From the NCBI GenBank assembly GCA_054661495.1, contig BAAFSQ010000320.1, forward strand, positions 1-10,530: a stretch of DNA of 10,530 nt, in the 5' to 3' direction. Below the pieces are notes generated by a model, which was not told the DNA's origin, ran no database searches, and saw nothing but the letters and a program-made list of their open reading frames with translations. Source of the DNA: Zygophlyctis sp. KS116. Lineage: Eukaryota > Fungi > Chytridiomycota. Within the stretch, counting starts at the first letter, position 1, and each line of letters opens with the position of its first letter. Positions 1 through 7,576 of this stretch are shown here, one piece after another. The position numbers and the translations under genes are program-made.

Positions 1-78
1 GATTCCTTGATCTCTGAATAGATAAATAATACTTGGTTTACCTACTTTTAGGATAAAAGAACCCACCATTTTATCAAC

Positions 79-165
79 CTCAGATTAGTTTGTCCGAGTG
101 GTTAAGGAGATAGACTAGGAATCTATTGGGCTTCGCCCGCGCAGGTTCAAGTCCTGCATCTGACG
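79..165 (+). tRNA. tRNA with a Ser-type body but an AGG (Pro) anticodon and a damaged acceptor stem; probable pseudo-tRNA derived from tRNA-Ser(AGA)
   Basis: D arm TCC(93-95)/GGA(106-108) with loop GAGTGGTTAA. Anticodon stem ATAGA(110-114)/TCTAT(122-126), loop CTAGGAA, anticodon AGG at 117-119. Long variable arm GGGC-TTC-GCCC (128-138). T arm GCAGG-TTCAAGT-CCTGC (141-157). 3' acceptor strand ATCTGAC (158-164) and discriminator G165. A TTTT run follows at about 189-192. The canonical 5' strand 84-90 (ATTAGTT) pairs poorly, whereas CTCAGAT at 79-85 pairs 6/7. Confidence 0.9.
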
Positions 166-341
166 AAACCATCAAACGAAATTTATCATTTTATTTGCTT
201 CTAGACGGATAGAACTTGATTTATCGTCATAGTCAGCAAAAAAGATAAGAACCTGGTTTATTACCATATCTGATCTGTAATGAAGAGGGTATAACATATT
301 AGCATGTGCATCCGAGCAATGGTTCCGAAATGTGTCTTCGA

Positions 342-465
342 TATTGTAATATTGAATATATTGTTTTCAACAATTATTTATTGTTCCAAAAGCACAATAT
401 TGATTAATATTGTACATTATTATTGTCGGGTTATATTGCACAATATATTGTATAATATCACCCTA
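342..465. repeat. hAT-type terminus: TATTG/CAATA subterminal repeat array ending in CACCCTA (reverse complement TAGGGTG)
   Basis: Nine TATTG copies (342, 350, 359, 379, 398, 408, 421, 434, 446) plus CAATA at 395 and 441, ending at ...ATATCACCCTA (465). A TAGGG terminus next to short subterminal motif arrays is typical of hAT elements. Confidence 0.6.
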
Positions 466-507
466 AAAACTGTAATTGGACGGGGTTTGAACTTTTTAAA
501 TTTTGAA

Positions 508-1379
508 ATGACCAAACGTAAACTGAGTGGGATTGCATTCGACACCTAAGTGGAAGTCAGCTAAAATTGGATGGGTTTTTAGATAAAAAAGCCTCAACAA
601 CATATAATTGGATGGAAATAATCTTTAAACACAATTTACCACTTTCTTATGTTGAAGAAAAGGCCTTTGCTGTAAATTGTAGTAGACCTTTGATAAGCTA
701 AGAGATATTTTTAAAAAGAATGAAGCTTGTATTGCTTTGCTGTCAGCATGGCAGTAAGATTCTCTTGATTGGATTATTGATTACTATCAACTGGATTATG
801 AGAAATGCATATTTCTTGCAGGCGATAATACTGCAGTTAATCCGGCTTTGGCTAGAATATTGAATGTTAACTTTATCGGCTGCCACTCCCATACCCTAAA
901 TTTGGCAATTAAAAGGAAAATACTACAGCATCCAGAAATAAAACGGCTTGTACAAAAAGTGCAAAATATGATGCTGAAGTTGTGTTCATTAAAGAGACGG
1001 GCACTTCTCTTGACAAAAATGAATCTCAGCCCGAGGTTGGACAATGATACAAGATGGTCGAGCACTTTCGAAATGATAAAAAGATATTTTCAAATAATTG
1101 ATCCAGTTCAGGAATTGTTTGCTCATGATATGCAGGTGGATAGAGTTGCAGATGACGCGCCAATGGACCAATATGGCAGAGTTAAAATGTATCGGCTAAT
1201 ACCAACTCCGGAAGAACATGATGAGCTTCAAAAATCAATCTTGCTTAGAGTCAAGCATAATAGAATATCTGGCAAACCCAGCCATTAAAAGTAAAAATTC
1301 ACATCACTTTGTCAATGGAGTTATTAAAATACTTGAACATAGGGAACAGAGTCTGACAGAACGAGAGAAAGATGCAGTT
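508..1379 (+). pseudogene. hAT-superfamily DDE transposase relic with internal deletions and frameshifts
   Basis: Translated pieces: LDKKASTTYNWMEIIFKHNLPLSYVEEK (~580-660); AGDNTAVNPALARILNVNFIGCHSHTLNLAIK (DN and CxxHxLNL motifs); PRLDNDTRWSSTFEMIKRY (TRWxS motif); shifted-frame HFVNGVIKILEHREQSLTEREKDAV. Confidence 0.88.
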
Positions 1380-2880
1380 TGTATGAATCTCTGTGCAGTC
1401 TCATCTGGACAAAGCCAGATTGCATATCTATTTTAGAGAACACTACAGAGCCTGCCAGCGCTTCATAAATCCCTTTTATGAGGGGAATACAGTAATTGAC
1501 ATATTCTAATATCAGATTTATGGGCCGAGGATCTGTACGCACTCTGTAACCTCTTCTTTAACCACCAGTATTCTTCTTCGGGGAGACTCACAGCGTGCTA
1601 TTCCAGAGAGGTCTTTCATCGGCTGGTACCTCTCGGAGGCTGCCTGACTTCAATCCTTAATCGATGTACTCGTCTACATATTTCATTAGGGTGCTTACTA
1701 CCCCGTTTGCAAACCAGCTTCAAGATTGAGTAGTCCACGTTGCAATAGCATTTGATCTCTTGATTATTAGTACAAAGCGACTTTAGACGTTGATCAAGTC
1801 CATCATCGAACAAGATAATCGGTTATAGATTTATTGTCTATCCCGTGAGCTATTTCTTACACGTCTTGAGATTTAGACGGGAACTTGTAGGGAACTCCTG
1901 CTAATCCAAACTCACAGTTCCAAACAGTTCACGGCCAATGATAAGTCCACTTCCATCCATCTCCATCACTTCAAATAGATTAGTGAATTCTTTATCATTG
2001 ACTCGTACTAAAACTTCTTCGGTTTGACCTAATGATCGGGAATAACTAGCATCGGCTAATGCCACTACTTTTCTGTTCTTGTTTACTTTAATTGAGAATT
2101 TCTCGCATAGCTGCGGTGAAAGGAAAGAATGTGTGGACATAGAATCTATGGTATGTCTTCATATGTAACTATTTTGTAACATTTGAGAAAAATGATATCT
2201 TCACCAAAATAGTCTTTTCCTACAATCTGTACCGTTCTGATCTCACGTTTCTTCTTGGAATCATCATTTCTATTAGCGGGATTCTTTGTTTTTCGGAATT
2301 CGTTCTCCATTGGACATTAAGGAGCATACTCTGGCCGCAACCTTTCAACATTATTAATTGAAATATTCATCCCGAGTAAGAAGGTCTATTGGATGGGGTA
2401 GGTTAGGTTTATGTTGGTATTTAAGGTCGAGGCCTCATAAAAAATATATCTGTTTCAAGTATGCCTGAGAGTCCAAGGTAGACATCAAGGTATTTCAGAA
2501 GGTTTCGCCTCTGCGATACCTTATCTTGAACATCTGCTCAAATGGTTCTGTTCTTGCTTCATCTTTTAAAAAATTGCTTAAAGAAGGCTTCCTTCAGACT
2601 GCCAAGATTAAGATGAGGCACCGCCGCCACACTATTAGAATACCAGTTTGGTCCATTCGGTGATTTAGCAGTAGAGTGGATAGATTCAGAGAAGAATTAT
2701 TGTTTTTGCGAAGCGACAAGAAAAAGTGTCACTCCACTTTTTTGATAGCGGCATTCCTAACTGCTAGCGTTGCATCAGAGGGCAGTGTCCTACAGTTCCT
2801 GCCTCTATTACTAGGGCTTGAGATATTTTAGCGGAATTCCAGGTTGGAGCTTGACGCGCAGCCTCACCTAACTCTAAGAA
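1373..2880 (-). mobile_element. Ty3/Gypsy LTR retrotransposon relic 1 (gag - aspartic protease - N-terminal RT), truncated in RT
   Basis: Gag-like WYSNSVAAVPHLNLGSLKEAFFKQFLKDEARTEPFEQMFKIRYRRGET (~2500-2650). Protease IDSMSTHSFLS...LADAS...LIIGRELF (~1901-2152), with the catalytic DSG present as DSM. RT PLWNSTL*VSPKK...YRVRTDPRPINLILEYVNYCIPLIKGIYEALAGSVVFSKIDMQSGFVQMRLHRDSYK (~1375-1620). RT directly follows PR, which is the Gypsy domain order. Confidence 0.88.
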
Positions 2881-3108
2881 AAAATGCATCAAATAATTCA
2901 CTCTCAGATACATAGTATACCAAACCTTCCAAAAATAGAACCTTCGCAAGAATGTGCAGCTACTGAAAGAGTAAATGCAATACTTCTTAATACTGCTGAT
3001 AATTCTTTACAAGAACAACGGCATAAGTTAGCTTCTCATATGACCAGTATTCGTTATACTGCGGCAAATAATAGAAAGTTTTATGATTCAAAAGTTGTAG
3101 AATTCATG

Positions 3109-3135
3109 GTATTTATATAATTATTTATTGACAAG
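3109..3135 (+). other. Spliceosomal intron, 27 nt
   Basis: GTATTTATATAATTATTTATTGACAAG: GT..AG ends, a TTGAC branch-like motif, and it contains the in-frame stop that ends ORF 2884-3120. Confidence 0.65.
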
Positions 3136-3309
3136 GATTGGCTAAAAAACATTATCCAAATGAGCCTTCAGAAATAACAGCTGATAACATGCATATAAGA
3201 AAAATTGAGGAAGCAACGCGCGGACCTTCCTATGGACTTTGCAGTGGATGGGATAACATCAGGCGTTTGTGTTTATCAGAAATTGGCATTAAATATTTCA
3301 AAACCGAAG

Positions 3310-3337
3310 GTACATTTTAAAAAACAACTAAATATAG
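3310..3337 (+). other. Spliceosomal intron, 28 nt
   Basis: GTACATTTTAAAAAACAACTAAATATAG: GTA..TAG ends with a CTAA branch-like motif, AT-rich. Confidence 0.6.
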
Positions 3338-4202
3338 GAGTATCTGGGGCTCATTTATTCAGATCGGTATGGAGAAAATCAAAAGTAGGCCAAGTATTCG
3401 AAAATGGGGGACATTCGTCCCCACTTACTAGTTCTCCGTAACAAGTCGTTATTGATGGATCTATTCTAGATGTTTATGATGCACAAGTAACTCAGATCAG
3501 AAACAATATTGTCTACGAAGGATCTCACATTGGCTACCGAAACTCAATAGTCAGGTTTATTATATGGCTATCGGAAAATAAGCCGAATCTTTTGCCTCCT
3601 GAAGTACAGCTTCAAATTAATGATAGGGATCATTCTGAAGCAAAACAGATTCTATTAAGCCACTTGTGTAATTTCTCTTCAAATCGGCCAACCATTCTAC
3701 TAGACGAATTAAGTGCAAGGGACTTTATGCACTGGTTTCTCTTCGCAGAGAAGACGGGAGCTACTTTGCAAAGACTACATATTCCGCACGTAGGTCCGCA
3801 TTATTCTATCTGTTTAAAATTTATGACCGTAGTCAATCAGTAGAGTTTCAAGAGGAGCTCTCAGGAATGTTTGCGGGTCTGAAAAGGGAAATCACTTAAA
3901 TGTCCTCAGTAAGTGGAGTGTCATTTAAAGAGGGGAAGGATCCTCTCCCCTTTGATATTTTAAAGATATTATCTATAGAAATGATTATATGCCGGGACAC
4001 TGATACCACTTTTGGGCATTAATTTCTGTTGCTATCATAGAATCCCATGTTCAGGGCATCAAACGCAGAAAGAATTTATTATAAACACTTAGAATGGAGA
4101 AACGATGCATTGTTTCTCTACTTCTCTCACCACAAAGGAGATCAAAGTGGTGACCGTCCAAAGGACCCCAGACATATCTACGCCAATCCTCTGACCCCAG
4201 AG

Positions 4203-4230
4203 GTAGCCTACTTACAAACTAATGAATTAG
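4203..4230 (+). other. Spliceosomal intron, 28 nt
   Basis: GTAGCCTACTTACAAACTAATGAATTAG with a CTAAT branch motif. Removal corrects the frame and gives ANPLTPE|ICPMLSLGIY. Confidence 0.9.
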
Positions 4231-4348
4231 ATTTGCCCAATGCTATCTCTAGGGATTTACTTGCTTTGTTTTGGATTTAACACATCTGGTAAGTTGGTTC
4301 CTGGCGGGAAACAATATGACAGATTTTGTAAATTTCTGAAGCGAATTG

Positions 4349-4373
4349 GTACAACTAATAACTCTAAAAATAG
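4349..4373 (+). other. Spliceosomal intron, 25 nt
   Basis: GTACAACTAATAACTCTAAAAATAG. Removal joins QYDRFCKFLKRI in frame to GGTENN...GTHSIRKG. Confidence 0.88.
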
Positions 4374-4891
4374 GTGGAACTGAAAACAATACTGCAATCT
4401 ACCAAAGACGAGGAATTAATGTGGATGATATTGGAACGCACTCCATTCGGAAAGGAGCTTCGACATACTCTACTTCAGGAAGCACCCAGTGCCCAGGATC
4501 TACTGCAGTTCATCTAAGAGCTGGATGGACTCTTGGCGGAGTACGGGACCGCTACTCACGTTATGAGGGAGCGGGTGATCAGTTTGTTGGTCGCACAGTG
4601 GCTGGACTAAATATTCTAAGTGAGGATTTTGTTGTGCTGCCCCCTCACTTTTAGCAGGTTAATAATGATTATATATTTGATGCGCTTAATATCTTGATGC
4701 CATGCCATGAAGAATATATGCCAATGGGCGCGGAAATGGCATTGGCATCAGTAGTATACCATAAGGACTGAATAGAAACAATTTACAAAGTAGACATCCA
4801 GTATTTAACACAATTTTATTTTGTCAAACAAATTTAATGAATGGTCTCTACGAAAAGCTTCAAACTGAAGAATCTTTGATGCAACCTACTG

Positions 4892-4918
4892 GTGATATCA
4901 TTTTCTACTTAATATTAG
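4892..4918 (+). other. Spliceosomal intron, 27 nt (multiple of 3, no stop)
   Basis: GTGATATCATTTTCTACTTAATATTAG. Removal gives the family motif MQPTG|VPPYV in place of TGDIIFYLILGVPP. Confidence 0.8.
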
Positions 4919-5524
4919 GAGTTCCTCCCTATGTAGAATTTTATAGGAAAATGGAGATGCTAAAGATTATTGCGGAAACAAATAGAAATGATCTTAATGA
5001 AAAGATCAACAATATGCAATCAAATATAATAACCCAGATAGGTAATGTAGTACGTGATATTGCAGTACCTCCCAGCCATATCACTACAAATAATATGGAA
5101 TCAATGTTTCTAAACTGCTTGGAAAGATTAGGAATAGCAGGTGCCTTACAGCAAAGTCAAAATGTGCAAAATGAAATTATAGAGCCAATAGTAAGTCAGA
5201 CAGCTGATATTGTAAATAATTGGGGGATGTTCAGAAGGCCTATTCCAAGAAATTACCGGTTTCCAGTGAAGCGCTATTAATGTATCATTAACTACCCCTA
5301 TGGGAAAAGAGGCAAGATTGAGTCAATCGGGATGGCGATCCATTTATAGAAAAATATTTGAGCGACGACAATGAATATTATAATCTTTCGATGCATTTTT
5401 TTGATAAAATTAAATTTATTAGGTTAAAAACTTGTTTTAGGGCGGAATCCCCAAAAGTCCCCCAAATTCCACTGAGACTGTGGTGACTAACGCGTTCCTG
5501 AAAAAAATTTATTCTACGTTTAAT

Positions 5525-5602
5525 TAACCAAATCCCAGAGGGTTAGCATCTACGTCCTCAATAAAGGTTATAGGGGTTAGTCAATGAAGGTTATAATCTC
5601 TG
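5525..5602 (-). repeat. Probable hAT terminus (CAGAGATTATAACC...) with TAACC/GGTTA subterminal motifs
   Basis: The minus strand starts CAGAGATTATAACC at 5602. GGTTA occurs at 5541, 5566, 5575 and 5589, and TAACC at 5525. The same TTATAACC/TAACC motif recurs at 6030-6057, upstream of the adjacent transposase ATG. Confidence 0.45.
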
Positions 5603-6022
5603 AAAGCATATGAATTTGTCTTGATTGCGTTGAGTTTTGCTATAATCATCGGCCTATTTGTAAATAACTTCATTAAAACAAACCTTTAATTTTAAGTACT
5701 GGTAACAATCATCCAACAGCTTCCCAGCCAATTCTTTTCTACTCAGAAGCGTAACATCGGGCCGAAGAATGCTAATAAATCATCTTGCTCTATTCTTGAA
5801 AATGACATGTCTGTTAAGCATTAATGGTTTGCTGAAAGATAAACTTTTTTTGCAGTTCTCTTCCCCTAAGAAAGTTGGGTAATTTTCATTCTGAAGGATG
5901 TAGACTATTGAATTGTTTGCAGGATGAAAGATGCTATTTACCCGCTAGATTTCTTAAGTACAGACTCTTCGGGTCTCGCCTCTGGTAAATAACGACCCTA
6001 CTTCATCCGGCGTTTTGCCCAT
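5603..6022 (-). pseudogene. Second hAT transposase relic (decayed BED-finger region plus N-terminal domain), truncated
   Basis: ATG at 6022: MGKTPDEVGSLFTRGETRRVC..., then LTDMSFSRIEQDDL and, in a shifted frame, ILRPDVTLLSRKELAGKLLDDCYQYLKLK (hAT LRP...LPSRK.L.G.LLD..Y pattern). Candidate 30-nt intron at 5654-5683 (GTTTGT...AAATAG). Confidence 0.72.
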
Positions 6023-6072
6023 TTTTAATTTATAACCCCAAAGCCCTCGGTTTAACCTATAAAACCCAAATT

Positions 6073-6421
6073 TTAATTTATGTACGGGTGGGCTGGACGG
6101 TCAAGCGCGGACTCGGGGTCTCTGCTGGTTGTAGTCCTAAGACTATCGGATACTAACAATCCAGAAAATCCGTTGGGGGTTATCGGGGCGGTCAAAGCCA
6201 TCAGGCGGTTCGACCATTGGCATCTTCCAATTCCTTGATACAAGCCAGTATTTCGTGCAAGGCAGTAATCTCCAATACGAACTGGTTTTCATGCTCTAAT
6301 TTAAGATGTGATAAAAATTACCTTGAGCACCTGCTTCCTTTTCTCGTAGAGATGATTGCAATGAGCTAACGATTTCTTAATAAAGGTCTCTTTGGAGAGA
6401 TTTAGCAGTAAAACTATCATG
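6073..6421 (-). pseudogene. Unidentified spliced coding relic (helical or coiled-coil-like)
   Basis: Removing the 26-nt intron 6296-6321 (GTAATTTTTATCACATCTTAAATTAG) gives HDSFTAKSLQRDLY*EIVSSLQSSLREKEAGAQ|EHENQFVLEITALHEILACIKELEDAQWSNRLMALTAPITPNGFSG...PAHPYIN*, about 105 codons with one internal stop. Confidence 0.4.
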
Positions 6422-6476
6422 GGTTTACTAAGGGTATTTTTCGTCACCTAGTCAAAAGATTATTTGCAATTTGAAT

Positions 6477-6593
6477 CTGATAGGCTAGAATGATCAGAGA
6501 AAACTTTATTTATCTTTTAATAACTTTATTACCTGATAGGTTAGAATACTCAGATAAAGCTTTGTTTATCTTTTAATAACTAAAACCTATCAG
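6477..6593. repeat. Two-copy 49-bp direct repeat (period 56) plus a 10-bp inverted repeat
   Basis: 6477-6525 versus 6533-6581 are 43/49 identical. CTGATAGGTT (6533-6542) is perfectly inverted at AACCTATCAG (6584-6593). Confidence 0.9.
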
Positions 6594-6990
6594 TTAATTC
6601 CCTAAGGAGAAGGTTATATTTTAACTCTCCCTCTGACCTTTGAATACAGTAATTTAGAGATAGGAGTATTTTTTACTACACTTCTCAATTTGGGCACTAT
6701 TGGTTCTGCAATTTTCAATTTGATCAATTTCTCTTTAACATATCCTCTTATCACATGGTATTTAACTTGCTTCTCTTATGATCCTCGGGATTCTTGGTTA
6801 AGCTGGTACACGCCTGATTATCCTCATTATGATAGTGTCTTGAGCCTAAGAAATTGGCTGAACCAAACTGCTTCATTAGCTGCCAATACAGCTGCATAGT
6901 ATTCAGCTTCTGCTACGGATTGCTCAGGAACTGTTTTCATCTGTTTACCTAAGTACCAAGAGATAAGTCCCCCGAATAGCATGAATCTAT
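6478..6990 (-). mobile_element. Ty1/Copia relic: RNase H, polypurine tract and probable 3' LTR
   Basis: FMLFGGLISWYLGKQMKTVPEQSVAEAEYYAAVLAANEAVWFSQFL and QVKYHVIRGYVKEKLIKL match Copia RNase H. PPT AGAGGGAGAG at 6634-6625 (minus). The LTR-like segment ~6626-6478 contains AATAAA and ends ...CCTATCA. Confidence 0.82.
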
Positions 6991-7100
6991 ATTTAGATTC
7001 ACTTTTATACATATTGAAGTAGAAGCGGAGCTAGTTTAATGTGTGATGGTTGAGGGCTATCATGAAAGTGATCTGAGACATGCGGCAGCTTGCGGCGCCC

Positions 7101-7570
7101 TGTAGACATGGATTGACTATGTTTGGGCTAATTCCATCTCCTTCAGTTTTAACCGTTTCCGATATTAAACTATTAAAGACATTAGGTTATAAAGTTTTTC
7201 TTTAAAAACCACCGCTTTTTTTAATTCATTGAGAGTCTCAAAGTTAAGAAATGACAACTGATGAATTATTGGGAGTGGCACAAACGCTCCAGAACAATGG
7301 CTAAAATTGAGGGCTGGGGATCTTTTGATAATGCAGGTTTATTTGAAATTACATCTGGTAAAGAAAATGACGCATTGAAATGGAAAATGATGAATATCAG
7401 TGATGAAGCTTTACTTAGTTTTGATCCTAATAGAAGTGCGGCTACTAAACTCACTTAAATCAATGAAGATCACGGTTATGGTTTTTTAAATCCCGAACGG
7501 CATGAAAAATCCATAAGCACTAATATGTTTGAAATCCTAATACAGTCTTGGTAAACAGTTGGAAATTTAG
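7101..7570 (+). mobile_element. Probable Copia 5' end relic: short LTR-like piece, GGTTAT PBS-like site and gag N-terminus
   Basis: The frame of ORF 7261 reads NYWEWHKRSRTMAKIEGW...KENDALKWKMMNISDEALLSFDPNRSAATKLT*INEDHGYG, resembling Copia gag (NY..W...M....G.W ... D.KA...I...SDE......SA......L...YG). TGTAGA at 7101 and GGTTAT at 7185 partly match the GGTTATGAGCC half-tRNAiMet PBS of Copia elements. Confidence 0.45.
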
Positions 7571-7576
7571 GTTTAC

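Larger units (their letters stand above)
2884..3410 (+). pseudogene. CryptonF/NDC10-like tyrosine recombinase N-terminal relic with short introns
   Basis: After removing intron 3109-3135 and allowing a 1-nt loss in the A-run at ~3144-3149 it reads NNRKFYDSKVVEFM|DWLKKHYPNEPSEITADNMH. This resembles, from memory, the fungal Crypton/NDC10-II N-terminal pattern (T..Y..KQ.EF..W......VT..K). LRKQRADLPMDFAVDGITS resembles the following D..DG.T segment. Confidence 0.45.
3442..5374 (+). pseudogene. Crypton (CryptonS-like) tyrosine recombinase, near full length, disabled, with three introns
   Basis: Reconstructed protein: GYRNSIVRFIIWL...YSARRSALFYLF...FAGLKR...EGKDPLPF...LS*NPMFRASN (catalytic R, 4053)...LEWRNDAL...FSHHKGDQSGDRPKDPRHIYANPLTPE|ICPMLSLGIY...QYDRF...DIGTHSIRKGAST (HxxR, 4439-4450)...LRAGWTLGGVRDRYSRYEGAGDQFVGR (W and catalytic Y)...LPPHF...LASVVYH...MQPTG|VPPYV...WGMFRRPIPRNYRFP...RLSQSGWRSIYRKIFERRQ*. 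In-frame stops at 3897, 4020, 4038, 4652 and 4769; frameshifts at ~3738 and ~4775; probable deletion near 5275. Confidence 0.88.

Noticed and set aside
285-465. Complete MITE with GAGGGT.../...CACCCTA TIRs
   Set aside because: The TIR match is short and the 8-bp flanks (GTAATGAA versus AAAACTGT) do not form a TSD.
304-549. 81-aa ORF as a gene
   Set aside because: It translates the TATTG subterminal repeat array and is low-complexity I/N/Y/L sequence.
3442-5374. RIP-like CpA-to-TpA hypermutation
   Set aside because: Stops derived from CAA, CAG or TGG look like this by default, and CpA and CpG remain common. It cannot be supported without aligning copies.
3442-5374. Phage integrase or DIRS retrotransposon recombinase
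   Set aside because: It contains spliceosomal introns and Crypton-type blocks, and the nearby RTs are Gypsy-type, protease-linked and on the opposite strand.
5440-5500. GC-rich CCCCAAA repeats as the Crypton right terminus
   Set aside because: The position is plausible, but no matching left-end direct repeat could be identified.
6477-6593. CRISPR-like array
   Set aside because: There are only two diverged 49-bp units with a 7-bp gap, the context is a eukaryotic LTR, and no cas genes are present.
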